Assembly (NCBI GenBank): GCA_965662235.1
Contig: CBFIGY010000031.1
Coordinates: 1-37,053 of the forward strand
DNA from: an uncultured bacterium
Lineage (GTDB): Bacteria > SAR324 > NAC60-12
Length of the DNA stretch: 37,053 bases
Reading direction: 5' to 3'
Below the pieces are notes generated by a model. That model had not been told where the DNA came from, did no database searches, and saw only the letters and a program-made list of their open reading frames with translations. Of the stretch, positions 7,829 through 17,120 are shown piece by piece (position 1 is the stretch's first letter; the number at the start of each line of letters is the position of its first letter). Both the position numbers and the translations under genes were made by a program.

Positions 7829-8965
7829 TCAGTAGCGTGGAACCGTCGGATCCACATCAACAGACCAGCGGTCAATGCCGCCAGCGAGGTTCTTGAGGTG
7901 CCGGAACCCGGCCTGCTTCAGCGCATCGAGGGCCATTCGGGACCGCACGCCCCGGTGACAGTAGAGAATGATCTCCGCCTCATGCTCATAAGGCAGGTGC
8001 TCCGGATCCAGCTCACTGAGGGGCATCAGCTGAGCAGAAGGCAGGCGTGCAATCTCCCACTCCATTGGCTCACGGACGTCCAGCAAAATGGGCGCCGGAA
8101 CCTGCTTCAAGCGCTGCAGCAGTGCCTCCGGAGTCAGTTCGTCCGCTCCTTCCCCAGGTTCTTCCTCCATCTGGAAGAAGTCCATGGACAGGTCTGTCAG
8201 CGTCGGATGCTCCCCACAAAGGTCACACTCGGGGTCCGGTTTCAGCCGCACTTCTCGGAAGCTCAGCTCCAGCGCGTCATACAGCAGCATCCGGCCCAGA
8301 AGCGGTTTCCCTACCCCCAGCAGCAGCTTGATGACCTCGGTGGCCTGCAGGGTTCCCATCACGCCTGGGAGCACGCCCAGGACTCCCCCCTCTGCTCAGG
8401 TGGGTACCAGAGACGCCGGCGGAGGCGCTGAGTAAAGGCAACGGTAGCAGGGACCACCCACTGCTGGATGAAACACCGAAAGCTGTCCCTGAAACTGAAA
8501 CAGCGACGCCGAAACCAGCGGCTTTTGGGCAAAGTAGGCGGCGTCATTGACCAAGTAACGGGTTTCAAAGTTGTCTGAGCCATCGGCAATCACGTCATAC
8601 CGCTCAAACAGCTCCTCCACGTTTTCAGCGGTCAACCGGACCTTGTGCACCTCAACCTGCACATTCGGATTGATCTCCCGGAGGGTTTCCTGCAGCGACT
8701 CCACCTTGAACCGTCCAATGTCCTGGGTGCCATGCACAACCTGACGCTGGAGGTTGCTGTGTTCCACGACGTCAAAATCCACCACGCCCAGGGTTCCCAC
8801 TCCAACCGCAGCGAGGTAGAGGGACATCGGGGCGCCCAGTCCACCGGCTCCCACCAGCAGCACCCGGGACGCCTTCAGTTTTTCCTGCCCGGCCAGTCCC
8901 ACTTCACGCAGGGTGAGGTGGCGGCTGTAGCGCTGGATTTCTTCGGCGGTCAGTTCGTGGCTCAT
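7829..8965 (-). CDS. moeB: MoeB/ThiF (E1-like) adenylyltransferase fused to rhodanese (MoeZ-like); in-frame UGA at 8396-8398, probable selenocysteine (U190 of 378 aa)
   Basis: ORFs 8396..9223 and 7829..8374 are in the same frame: ...PPPASLVPT-TGA-AEGGVLGVLPGVMG..., against the family consensus VPSCAEGGVLG. Also RYSRH, GAGGLG, SNLQRQ, DGSDNF, CYRC/CDLC Zn ligands and the rhodanese loop YCHRGVRS. Start placed at MSHELT (8965). Confidence 0.9.
8364..8398 (-). promoter_or_regulatory. Putative bacterial SECIS element
   Basis: UGA, then 14 nt, then the stem CCUGGG/CCCAGG (8381-8376 and 8369-8364) closing the loop CGUGCU. The loop starts 20 nt after the UGA and has G at its second position, fitting the general bacterial SECIS model. 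Confidence 0.65.
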
Positions 8966-9160
8966 GGGGTATCGGATCAGGTGAGGCATCTTGGCCAATG
9001 CAGTCAGAATGCTCGCATGCTTCGGTTCAGCCCTCAAGCCATTTGCAGCAGTTCCGGACTTGAGCGTTCCCTCCCCTTCCCTCATAGTGATGGGCTTGAC
9101 GAACCACCTCCATTGACACACAGCCGTGCCGTGATTTCTGACCCTGTTTCCAAGCTCCTT

Positions 9161-9757
9161 ATGCAGCAGCATTACCCGATTTGCCTGGCTTCCTCCTCTC
9201 CTCGGCGGAAGGAATTTCTTCAACGGTACGGCCTTCAGTTTGAGGTCAAGAGTCCTGACATCGACGAAAGCCGTCTTCCGGGAGAACCGCTGGCCGACTT
9301 CATCCGCCGCATTGCTCGGGAAAAAGCGGAAGCCGTGCAGCCGACGGATCCGAACGCCATCGTTTTAGCGGGTGACACCGTGGTGCTGGTCAAGAACGAG
9401 CTGCTGGGAAAGCCCACCAGTCGCGAAAACGCCCGGGTGATGCTGGAAATGCTGGAAAACAACTGGCACGAGGTCCAGTCCGCCTACATCATCGGGCGCC
9501 CGGCGCAGCAGGACTGGATTGAAGGCGTCGAGAGCACACAGGTCCGGTTTCTCCCGTTGCCCACCGAGGTCATCGATTGGTACCTTTCCACCGGAGAGGG
9601 AGACGACAAGGCCGGCGCCTACTCCATTCAGGGACTCGGCACCGCCTTAGTGGATCGACTGGAGGGCTCCTACAACAACGTAGTCGGTTTTCCGATTGAG
9701 CGGATCCTTCATGAAATGGTCGGGAAGGGCTGGATCTCCTTTGGAGCCCCCAAATGA
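9161..9757 (+). CDS. maf: Maf family nucleoside-triphosphate pyrophosphatase (YhdE type)
   Basis: LASSSPRR, DIDES, GDTVV, LGKP, DKAGAYSIQG and GSYNNVVGFP. The R/T/Q specificity residues are of the YhdE type. Start placed at ATG 9161. Confidence 0.93.
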   Translation: MQQHYPICLASSSPRRKEFLQRYGLQFEVKSPDIDESRLPGEPLADFIRRIAREKAEAVQPTDPNAIVLAGDTVVLVKNELLGKPTSRENARVMLEMLENNWHEVQSAYIIGRPAQQDWIEGVESTQVRFLPLPTEVIDWYLSTGEGDDKAGAYSIQGLGTALVDRLEGSYNNVVGFPIERILHEMVGKGWISFGAPK

Positions 9758-10752
9758 TGCCCCCCTCCTCCTTACGCTGGTTCCTCCTGTTCCTGCTCCT
9801 GCCCCTTGGGGCAACGGTTGGAAGCGCCTTGGAGCGCTTTGACCGTCTTCCGGAAGGACGCAGCCAATGGCACCTGAGCCTGGTTCATGAACCTGCAACC
9901 ACCGAAGCCTTTGACGCCGGTGGAAACCGCCGCCCCTGGGCCGTGCTGCTGTCCGGAAATCCAGAGGTTGCCGACTTGCTGGAGGGCACGGTTTCCCGTT
10001 CACGGACCGAACTGCGGATCCGGTACGATCAGGCTCTGAGTGATGCCTCTGCGTGGGGCGTGGTGCTCCCGTTGGTTCAGAGCGAGCAGCAAGCCGACCT
10101 TTCGGTCACCTCCGGAGACGCCACCCTGCAGCAAGGGGCTGAGCAGGTTCGAGCCGCCACGTCCACAGAGACGCTCTCCGGAGTGGGAGACGCCCGGCTG
10201 CTCTTCCGCACAGAGTGGTCCTTGGGCATCAAACGGGTGCTTTTTGGAGGATTGGTCTTCACGCTCCCCACAGGAGCCAGCACCGCTCAGGGCCTTTACG
10301 GTCACACGATTGGAGAAGGACAGGGCGACGTGACCGGATTTCTGCAGAACCACTGGATGCCCAACGCTCCCGGTTGGCGCAACATCCTCAGTGTGTCCCT
10401 GACCAACCAACTCGCCGGAACCCGCAAGACGCTCGCAGGCACCGATGAACTCTATGCCCCCGGCAACCGGGCAGAAGCCGAGTATGGCTGGAGCTGGGAA
10501 CAGGACAACTGGCACTACGGCTTCAACTGGCACCACCTGCAGCAACAGGAAGCCACCCTGGGCGGCTCCCACTACAGCCCGCGGGTGCTGCAAGAGGTTT
10601 CGCTTGCTGCCGGATACGGCAACCTCAGTGACCTCGAACGTGCGCCGCAGGACCTGCCCTGGCAGTTCCGGGCTCAGATCACCACCCCCACCCGCGGAGA
10701 AAATGTCCCGGCCACCCCACGGCTGACCTTCAGCTGGCTGGGGTACTTCTGA
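9754..10752 (+). CDS. Exported protein, putative outer-membrane beta-barrel (Phenol_MetA_deg/SphA-like transporter)
   Basis: Hydrophobic signal peptide, GVGD...TLPTG motif, amphipathic strands and C-terminal LTFSWLGYF ending in Phe. ATGA overlap with maf. Confidence 0.6.
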   Translation: MMPPSSLRWFLLFLLLPLGATVGSALERFDRLPEGRSQWHLSLVHEPATTEAFDAGGNRRPWAVLLSGNPEVADLLEGTVSRSRTELRIRYDQALSDASAWGVVLPLVQSEQQADLSVTSGDATLQQGAEQVRAATSTETLSGVGDARLLFRTEWSLGIKRVLFGGLVFTLPTGASTAQGLYGHTIGEGQGDVTGFLQNHWMPNAPGWRNILSVSLTNQLAGTRKTLAGTDELYAPGNRAEAEYGWSWEQDNWHYGFNWHHLQQQEATLGGSHYSPRVLQEVSLAAGYGNLSDLERAPQDLPWQFRAQITTPTRGENVPATPRLTFSWLGYF

Positions 10753-10910
10753 CTCCTGGCACCGCAGAGCGTTCCTTCCACACCGGAGGTGCGACTTTGC
10801 TTGAGTAAAGCCCATGAAGGCCGTCCCCTCATGACGCCAACGGAGCCTGAGCTGCCCGGACAGCCCCTCATCCATTTGTCACCAGACTGATCCTGAAAGG
10901 AGAACCGACC

Positions 10911-12161
10911 ATGAAGCCAAACGTCGTGGCCCATCCGGAATGGGCTGCCGAAGGGAAACAGCGCATCGACTGGGTGCGACGCAACATGCCCATCCTTCGG
11001 CAACTGGAGGAAGAGTTCCGTCGAGAGCAACCACTCGCTGGCAAGCGGGTGGTCGTGAGCGTGCATCTGGAGGCCAAAACTGCGTACCTGGCTCTGGTAC
11101 TGCGCGCCGGTGGAGCCGAGGTTGCTGTCACAGGAAGCAACCCCGAATCCACCAAGGATGACGTGGTCGCCGCGTTGGCAGAAGAAGGACTGCACCTTTA
11201 TGCCCGCCACGGAGCACCGCCTGATGAGATGCGTCACTACATGAGCCTCGCCCTGGACCTGGCCCCGCACCTGGTCATTGATGATGGTGGCGACGTGGTG
11301 GAGTTGCTGCATGATGAGCGTCCCGAATTGCTCCCGAATGTCATTGGCGCCTGCGAAGAGACCACTTCCGGAGTGATGCGGGCTCGAGCTCGGGCCCAGG
11401 CGGGACAGCTGGCCTTTCCGGTGCTGCTCATCAATGAAGCCCGTTGCAAGTACCTCTTCGATAATGTCCATGGCACCGGACAGTCCGTGTGGGACGGCGT
11501 CATGCGCGCCACCAACCTCGTCATCGCCGGGAAGACCGTTGTGGTGATCGGATACGGATGGTGCGGCAAAGGCGTGGCAACCCGTGCGCAGGGATTGGGC
11601 GCACGCGTCATCGTCTGCGAGGTTGACCCCGTCAAAGCGGCGGATGCACTGATGAACGGCTGCCAGGTGATGCCTCTGCTGGAAGCCTGCCCGCAGGCGG
11701 ACCTGGTACTCACGGTCACTGGCATTCGTCACACCCTCCGGACGGAACACTTTGCGGTCCTCAAGGACAACGCGCTCTTGGCCAACGCGGGACACTTTTG
11801 GGATGAGATTGATGTCGACGGCCTCCGTGAAGGAGCCACGGAGCATCAGCGCCTCCGGACTCATGTAGAAGGCTTCCAGATGCCTGACGGGCGCTGGCTG
11901 CACCTCCTCGGAGGAGGCAACATCGTCAACATTTCCTGTGCCGACGGACACCCGGCAGAAATCATGGACACCAGCTTTGCCCTGCAAGCCCTCAGCGTCC
12001 GGCACCTTGCTCAAGCAGGAGCCTCTCTTTCCAAAGACGCCCACTTGGTTCCGGAGGCAATTGACCAGCGAGTGGCCGAACTCAAGCTCGCCGGCTCTCA
12101 GGTCCGGATCGATACCCTGACAGCCGACCAACAGGCGTACCGTGACAGCTGGGAGGCTTAG
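10911..12161 (+). CDS. ahcY: Adenosylhomocysteinase (short form, HxExK signature)
   Basis: HLEAKTA, IDDGGD, EETTSG, KYLFDNVHGTGQS, GYGWCGKG, NAGHF and DGHPAEIMDTSFA. RBS AAAGGAG upstream. Confidence 0.96.
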   Translation: MKPNVVAHPEWAAEGKQRIDWVRRNMPILRQLEEEFRREQPLAGKRVVVSVHLEAKTAYLALVLRAGGAEVAVTGSNPESTKDDVVAALAEEGLHLYARHGAPPDEMRHYMSLALDLAPHLVIDDGGDVVELLHDERPELLPNVIGACEETTSGVMRARARAQAGQLAFPVLLINEARCKYLFDNVHGTGQSVWDGVMRATNLVIAGKTVVVIGYGWCGKGVATRAQGLGARVIVCEVDPVKAADALMNGCQVMPLLEACPQADLVLTVTGIRHTLRTEHFAVLKDNALLANAGHFWDEIDVDGLREGATEHQRLRTHVEGFQMPDGRWLHLLGGGNIVNISCADGHPAEIMDTSFALQALSVRHLAQAGASLSKDAHLVPEAIDQRVAELKLAGSQVRIDTLTADQQAYRDSWEA

Positions 12162-12188
12162 CCGCCGTCTCCGGTTTCAGGGAAAAAC

Positions 12189-12217
12189 TTGACCTCTCCC
12201 CCGCTTTCCCGCATAAC
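12189..12217 (+). promoter_or_regulatory. Putative sigma70 promoter of the ABC operon
   Basis: TTGACC-N17-CATAAC in the gap between ahcY and the BMP gene. Confidence 0.45.
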
Positions 12218-12321
12218 GTTTTCCTCTTTTGGAGCCTTCTGGGGCCGTGCCGTTTCTGAGAAATCGGAATCCTGCACGGCCCGATTCCAACCGCCTGACA
12301 CCCTCATCTAAGAAACCCTAC

Positions 12322-13335
12322 ATGCGTCATTCAGTTGCCCTTCGGACTCTTCTGCTCAGCCTCCTGAGCCTCAGCTTGGTCCTGCTCGCTACCAGCGCCT
12401 CTGCTGCCTCTATCAAGGTCGGACTTGTGACAGACGTCGGCCGGATCAACGACCGGAGCTTCAACCAGTCCGCATGGGAAGGGGTTCTGCAGGCTCAAAA
12501 GGACCTCGGTCTGGGAGAACGTGATGTCAAGTACATCGAGACGCAAGACGCCAAGGACTACGCTGACAACCTGGCTCAGTTCATTGAGGCCGAGTACGAC
12601 ATCATCATCACCGTGGGTTTCGCCCTGAGTGACGCCACGGTTCAGGCAGCCAAGGAGAACCCAGACACGCTGTTTGTTGGCGTTGACCAGTATCAGGGAG
12701 AAACCCTGCCCAACCTCGCTGGCCTCATCTTCCATGAAGACCAATCCGGCTACCTCGCTGGCGTTTTGGCCGCAAGCATGACCCAATCCAACACCATCGG
12801 CGCAGTTCTCGGCACCGACCTTGTGCCCCCGGTGGTCGCATTCAATGAGGGCTACATTGCTGGCGCTAAGTCCGTCAATCCGGACATCCGCATCATCTCC
12901 ACCTACCATCCGGGAGAGATCAGCCAGGCCTTTGTGGATCCGGAGTGGGGTGCGGCAACCTCCAAGCAGGCCATTGACCAGGGAGCCGACGTCATCTTTG
13001 GCGCAGGCGGCCTCACCGGTAACGGCGCCCTACAGGAAATCGCCACGCATGAAGGCATCTACTGCATCGGTGTGGACACCGACCAGTGGAACACCGTCCC
13101 GGCTGCTCGTCCCTGCCTGATCTCCAGCGCCATGAAGCTGATCACACCGGCTGTTGCTGACCTTGTCGCCCAGGCTCAGGCGGGCACCTTCCAAGGGGGC
13201 AACGTCTTTGGAGCAGCCGGACTGGCGCCGTTCCACGACTTCGATTCGGTGATTCCGGCAAGCGTCAAGACCCTGCTTCAGCAGACCAAAGCGGGCCTGG
13301 ACAGTGGTGCCATCCAAACCGGATACGGCAACTAA
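12322..13335 (+). CDS. BMP family ABC substrate-binding protein (probably purine nucleosides)
   Basis: TDVGRINDRSFNQSAWEG, VGF, GVDQ, GYLAGVLAA, GADVIF and IGVDTDQ. The signal peptide ends ASA with no lipobox Cys. Start placed at ATG 12322. Confidence 0.93.
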   Translation: MRHSVALRTLLLSLLSLSLVLLATSASAASIKVGLVTDVGRINDRSFNQSAWEGVLQAQKDLGLGERDVKYIETQDAKDYADNLAQFIEAEYDIIITVGFALSDATVQAAKENPDTLFVGVDQYQGETLPNLAGLIFHEDQSGYLAGVLAASMTQSNTIGAVLGTDLVPPVVAFNEGYIAGAKSVNPDIRIISTYHPGEISQAFVDPEWGAATSKQAIDQGADVIFGAGGLTGNGALQEIATHEGIYCIGVDTDQWNTVPAARPCLISSAMKLITPAVADLVAQAQAGTFQGGNVFGAAGLAPFHDFDSVIPASVKTLLQQTKAGLDSGAIQTGYGN

Positions 13336-13347
13336 TCCCAACCGATC

Positions 13348-13379
13348 TCCGGGAGCCCAAGCGGAGCAGGGTTCCCGGA
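13348..13379 (+). promoter_or_regulatory. Intercistronic stem-loop after the substrate-binding gene
   Basis: TCCGGGAGCCC...GGGTTCCCGGA with no U-tract. This is the usual position for an mRNA-stabilising or attenuating hairpin in ABC operons. Confidence 0.5.
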
Positions 13380-13410
13380 TGACGCCTTCGGCTCCGCACA
13401 GCATGCACCC

Positions 13411-14535
13411 ATGACCTCAACCACGCCCCTCCTCTCCTTCCTCCGAGCCCTGCTGATTCCTGCGCTGGCCCTGCTCATGGCCCTGTTGGCCGGGGCGGTG
13501 GTGATGTGGCTGGCCGGCGATGATCCGTGGCTTGCCTACCAGGGCCTGTTTCAGGGCGCCTTCGGTAGCGGACGGGCCTGGAGCACCACCGTCCGCAAGA
13601 TGATCCCGTTCATCCTCACCGGACTTTCGGTCGCAGTCGCTTTCAAAGCAGGACTTTTCAACATTGGCGCCTCCGGACAGTTTGTCATGGGCTCGGTGTT
13701 CTCCGTTGCCGTTGGGATTCACTTCGAAGGCCTACCGCTGCTGCTGCACCTGCCCTTGGCCTTGGTCGCTGGCATGGTCGGAGGCATGCTCTGGGGTGCC
13801 ATTCCCGGCATCCTGAAGGTCACCACGGGCGCTCATGAGGTGCTCGTGACCATCATGCTCAACTACGTTGCGTCCCTCTTTGCCGGGTGGACGGTCTATG
13901 CCGGAGGTTCTCAGGGACAAACCCCAGGTCCCCTCTGGGACCCCACTGCTCGTGCCATTTCAGAGACGCCTGACGTTCTGCCTTCCGCCCAGCTGCCGTG
14001 GCTGTTTGGCCCCCCTTACCGGGTCCACTACGGAGTCTTTCTGGCCCTGATCGTGGTGCTGATCATCTGGTGGATGCTGCAGAAAACCACGCTTGGCTTT
14101 GAGATCCGGACCGCAGGCCTGAACAGCAAAGCGGCCCGCTACGCCGGCATTCGCGTGGAACGCACCGTCGTCCTCACCATGATGCTGGCCGGAGGACTTG
14201 CCGGACTCGCCGGAGCCATTGAGACCCTCGGCTTGAACCACAAGTTTGCCCCTGAATTTGGGGGACAGGTGGGCTTTGACGGCATCACCGTTGCGCTTCT
14301 GGGTCAGACGCACCCCTTCGGTGTCGTCCTCGCGTCCTTCCTCTTCGGAGCCTTGGACGCTGGTGCGGCCAAGATGCAGTTTGAATCGGGGGTGGCTGCA
14401 GACATCATTCAGGTCATTCAGGCCCTGGTTCTCGCCTTTGTCGCAGCGCCCTTGATCATGCGCACCATTCTGCGCCTCAAGGAAACTCCTGAAGACGGTG
14501 TCGCCAGCCTCAACACCCGTTGGGGGAGTTCCTGA
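13411..14535 (+). CDS. Nucleoside/sugar ABC permease 1
   Basis: FKAGLFNIGASGQ, HEVLVTIMLNY, GFEIRTAGLNSKAARYAGI and GFDGITVALLG. Confidence 0.93.
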   Translation: MTSTTPLLSFLRALLIPALALLMALLAGAVVMWLAGDDPWLAYQGLFQGAFGSGRAWSTTVRKMIPFILTGLSVAVAFKAGLFNIGASGQFVMGSVFSVAVGIHFEGLPLLLHLPLALVAGMVGGMLWGAIPGILKVTTGAHEVLVTIMLNYVASLFAGWTVYAGGSQGQTPGPLWDPTARAISETPDVLPSAQLPWLFGPPYRVHYGVFLALIVVLIIWWMLQKTTLGFEIRTAGLNSKAARYAGIRVERTVVLTMMLAGGLAGLAGAIETLGLNHKFAPEFGGQVGFDGITVALLGQTHPFGVVLASFLFGALDAGAAKMQFESGVAADIIQVIQALVLAFVAAPLIMRTILRLKETPEDGVASLNTRWGSS

Positions 14536-15584
14536 TGCAAGGACACTGGTGGAAACGGACGGCAGGGGCCGCCATCGTGCTCGTGGTCCTCATGCTCGGC
14601 ATGGCCGTTCTGGTGGAGCTCACTCCGCTGGGAGAGAATCCATGGCTGCGGGTGCTGTTTGGCATCAGTGCCCTTAACTTCACCCTCCGGGCCGCCGTGC
14701 CGTTGTTGCTCGGCGCCCTCAGTGGCATCCTCTGTGAGCGCTCAGGCATCATCAACATTGGCATTGAGGGCATGATGCTCGCGGGAGCCTTTGCGGGCTT
14801 TGTGGCCAAAACCAGCACCAACGACTGGCCGTTGTTTGCCAGCCTGCTCTTCAGTGTGCTGGTGGCCATGTGCATCGGCGGCGCAATGGGCTTCCTCCAT
14901 GCGTTGCTGTCCATCCGGTTCCGCATGGACCAGATCATTTCAGGAACGGTGATCATCATCCTAGCGGCCGGACTCTCAGCCTACCTTTACGACCGAGATG
15001 CCATTGCAGAGGGAAAGTTTTCCTCGATTCCTCTGCCGTTTTTGTCCGACATCCCCGTCATTGGTCCTGTTCTGTTTGACAAGCCCCTGCTCACCTACCT
15101 GTCCTTGGTGCTCGTCGGCGTCCTCCACGTCGCCCTCTTTCACACCCGCTGGGGCCTACGCACCCGAGCTGTGGGGGAGCACCCCCGGGCTGCAGACACC
15201 GAAGGCATCAACGTCAACCGCCTCCGCTACGTCAACACCACACTGGGTGGCATGGTTGCTGGACTCGCTGGCGCCTACCTCGTTCTCGAAGCCGTGGGGC
15301 AGTTTCAAGAAGGCATGACCGCCGGGCGCGGCTTCATCTCGCTTGCCGCCATGATCTTTGGAAACTGGACCCCCTTTGGTGCCCTGGGGGCGGCGACCCT
15401 CTTTGGTTACACGCAGGCGCTGCAGAATGAGCTGCTCCTCGCAGGGGTCACCAATGTTCCTCGGCAGTTCATCTCCATGATCCCGTACCTCATCACCATC
15501 GTTGCGGTGACGGGTTTTGTGGGTCGGGTGCGCCCGCCGGCGGCCATTGGGAAACCGTATGAAACGGAGGGGAGCAAGGAGTGA
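14535..15584 (+). CDS. Nucleoside/sugar ABC permease 2
   Basis: ERSGIINIGIEGMML, GLRTRAVGEHPRAADTEGI, GRGFISLAAMIFG and PAAIGKPY. TGATG coupling places the start at 14535. Confidence 0.93.
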   Translation: MQGHWWKRTAGAAIVLVVLMLGMAVLVELTPLGENPWLRVLFGISALNFTLRAAVPLLLGALSGILCERSGIINIGIEGMMLAGAFAGFVAKTSTNDWPLFASLLFSVLVAMCIGGAMGFLHALLSIRFRMDQIISGTVIIILAAGLSAYLYDRDAIAEGKFSSIPLPFLSDIPVIGPVLFDKPLLTYLSLVLVGVLHVALFHTRWGLRTRAVGEHPRAADTEGINVNRLRYVNTTLGGMVAGLAGAYLVLEAVGQFQEGMTAGRGFISLAAMIFGNWTPFGALGAATLFGYTQALQNELLLAGVTNVPRQFISMIPYLITIVAVTGFVGRVRPPAAIGKPYETEGSKE

Positions 15585-17116
15585 GGACGCCCGTTTTAGA
15601 GATGCGGGACATCCGCAAGCAGTTCGGAAGCGTTGTCGCCAACGATGGCATCAACCTAGCGCTGCAACCTGGGGAGATCCTCGCGCTGCTGGGGGAAAAC
15701 GGGGCGGGGAAGTCCACCCTCATGAACATCGTGTACGGGCTCTATCAGCCGACCGCAGGAGAAATCCAGGTCCGGGGGCAGGCGGTCCGGATCCGGTCTC
15801 CACGAGACGCCATCCGCCTGGGCATCGGCATGGTCCACCAGCACTTCCAGCTGGTGCCCGTGATGTCGGTTGTGGAAAACGTTATGCTGGGCAGCGAGGT
15901 GCTGCAGCAGGGACTGCTCGACCGAGCCTCCGTTGCTCAGGACATCCTCGCGCTCTCTCAGGAGTATCAGCTGGAGGTCAACCCCCAAGCCCTAGTGGAA
16001 GACCTTCCCGTGGGCATTCGCCAGCGCGTGGAGATCATCAAGGCCCTCTACCGTCAGGCAGACATCCTCATTCTTGATGAGCCCACCGCGGTGCTGACGC
16101 CTCAGGAGGTCGAGGGACTCTTTGCCATCATGGACCGGCTCCGGAAGCAAGGGAAGTCCATCATCTTCATCACTCACAAGCTCAAGGAGGTCCTCCGGAT
16201 TGCCGACCGCATCGCGGTCCTCCGGCGAGGCGCCATCGTCGGAACCGCCGATCCGCACACGGCCACGGAAGGACACCTAGCCAACCTGATGGTTGGGCGT
16301 GAGGTGCTGCTGCAGGTGGAGAAGCAAGAGGCTCATCCTCAAGACGTGGTGCTTGAGGTGCAAGGGCTTCAGGCGGAAAACGATCTCGGCGACACCTGCC
16401 TCAATCAGGTCAGCTTTCAGGTCCGGGCAGGAGAAATTGTCGGGGTCGCCGGGGTACAGGGCAACGGTCAGACGGAGCTGGTCGAAGTCCTGACCGGACT
16501 GCGGGCGTCCACCGCGGGAACCATGCGCTTCGGGGGCAAGGACCTGACCAACGCCCGCCCTCGGACCATCAGCGAGCACGGGCAGTGCGGGCACGTTCCG
16601 GAAGACCGCCACGCCTATGGAATGGTCGCCAGCTACTCAGTGGCCGACAACCTCGCTCTCTCCGGATACAGCCGCCCCCCCTTTGCCAAGGGATGGACCA
16701 TTCAGCAAGACGCCATTGCTGCTCATGCCGAAAAGCTGGTGCAGCAGTACGACGTCCGGACGCCTTCGGTGCAGGTTCCTGGAGGAAGCCTCTCTGGTGG
16801 AAACCAGCAAAAGCTCGTCATTGCCCGAGAGTTCAGTCGCCCCCTGCAGGTGCTCATTGCCTCGCAGCCCACTCGGGGAGTCGACGTCGGGTCCATTGAG
16901 TTCATCCACCAGCAAATCGTCTCCAAGCGAGATGAAGGCGTCGGCATCCTCTTGGTCAGTACGGAGCTGGATGAGATCCTTGCCCTCGCCGACCGCATTC
17001 TGGTGATGTACCGCGGGGCCGTCATTGGGGAGGTTCCCCACGCGCAAGCCTCGCGTCAACAGCTCGGGCTGCTCATGGCCGGAGTTCAAACGCCCTCAAC
17101 CCCTCAATCCCCCTGA
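15581..17116 (+). CDS. ABC ATP-binding protein with two ATPase domains (CUT2 type)
   Basis: GENGAGKST, ILDEPT, LSGGNQQK and QPTRGVDVG. GTGA overlap with the permease. Confidence 0.95.
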   Translation: MRTPVLEMRDIRKQFGSVVANDGINLALQPGEILALLGENGAGKSTLMNIVYGLYQPTAGEIQVRGQAVRIRSPRDAIRLGIGMVHQHFQLVPVMSVVENVMLGSEVLQQGLLDRASVAQDILALSQEYQLEVNPQALVEDLPVGIRQRVEIIKALYRQADILILDEPTAVLTPQEVEGLFAIMDRLRKQGKSIIFITHKLKEVLRIADRIAVLRRGAIVGTADPHTATEGHLANLMVGREVLLQVEKQEAHPQDVVLEVQGLQAENDLGDTCLNQVSFQVRAGEIVGVAGVQGNGQTELVEVLTGLRASTAGTMRFGGKDLTNARPRTISEHGQCGHVPEDRHAYGMVASYSVADNLALSGYSRPPFAKGWTIQQDAIAAHAEKLVQQYDVRTPSVQVPGGSLSGGNQQKLVIAREFSRPLQVLIASQPTRGVDVGSIEFIHQQIVSKRDEGVGILLVSTELDEILALADRILVMYRGAVIGEVPHAQASRQQLGLLMAGVQTPSTPQSP

Positions 17117-17120
17117 CTCT

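Noticed and set aside
8966..9160. Moco riboswitch upstream of moeB
   Set aside because: No CUCCGAG/CCUAA/GGAAAC/CCUCCC pattern on the minus strand.
7829..9223. moeB as a nonsense pseudogene or as two separate genes
   Set aside because: The stop is UGA at the conserved Cys position, a hairpin follows it, and there is no other decay. Sec readthrough explains this better. The extension from 8966 to 9223 overlaps maf and shows no family similarity.
10757..10771. Sigma54 promoter at TGGCAC
   Set aside because: The GG-to-GC spacing is 9 nt rather than 10, and there is no TTGC.
10753..10910. SAH, SAM-SAH or SAM riboswitch upstream of ahcY
   Set aside because: Fragments such as GAGCGTT, TGCGAC and CAACGG..CCTG resemble parts of these motifs, but CAGGCUC (SAH) and CUUCC in the correct context (SAM-SAH) are missing. 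Only a generic hairpin is supported.
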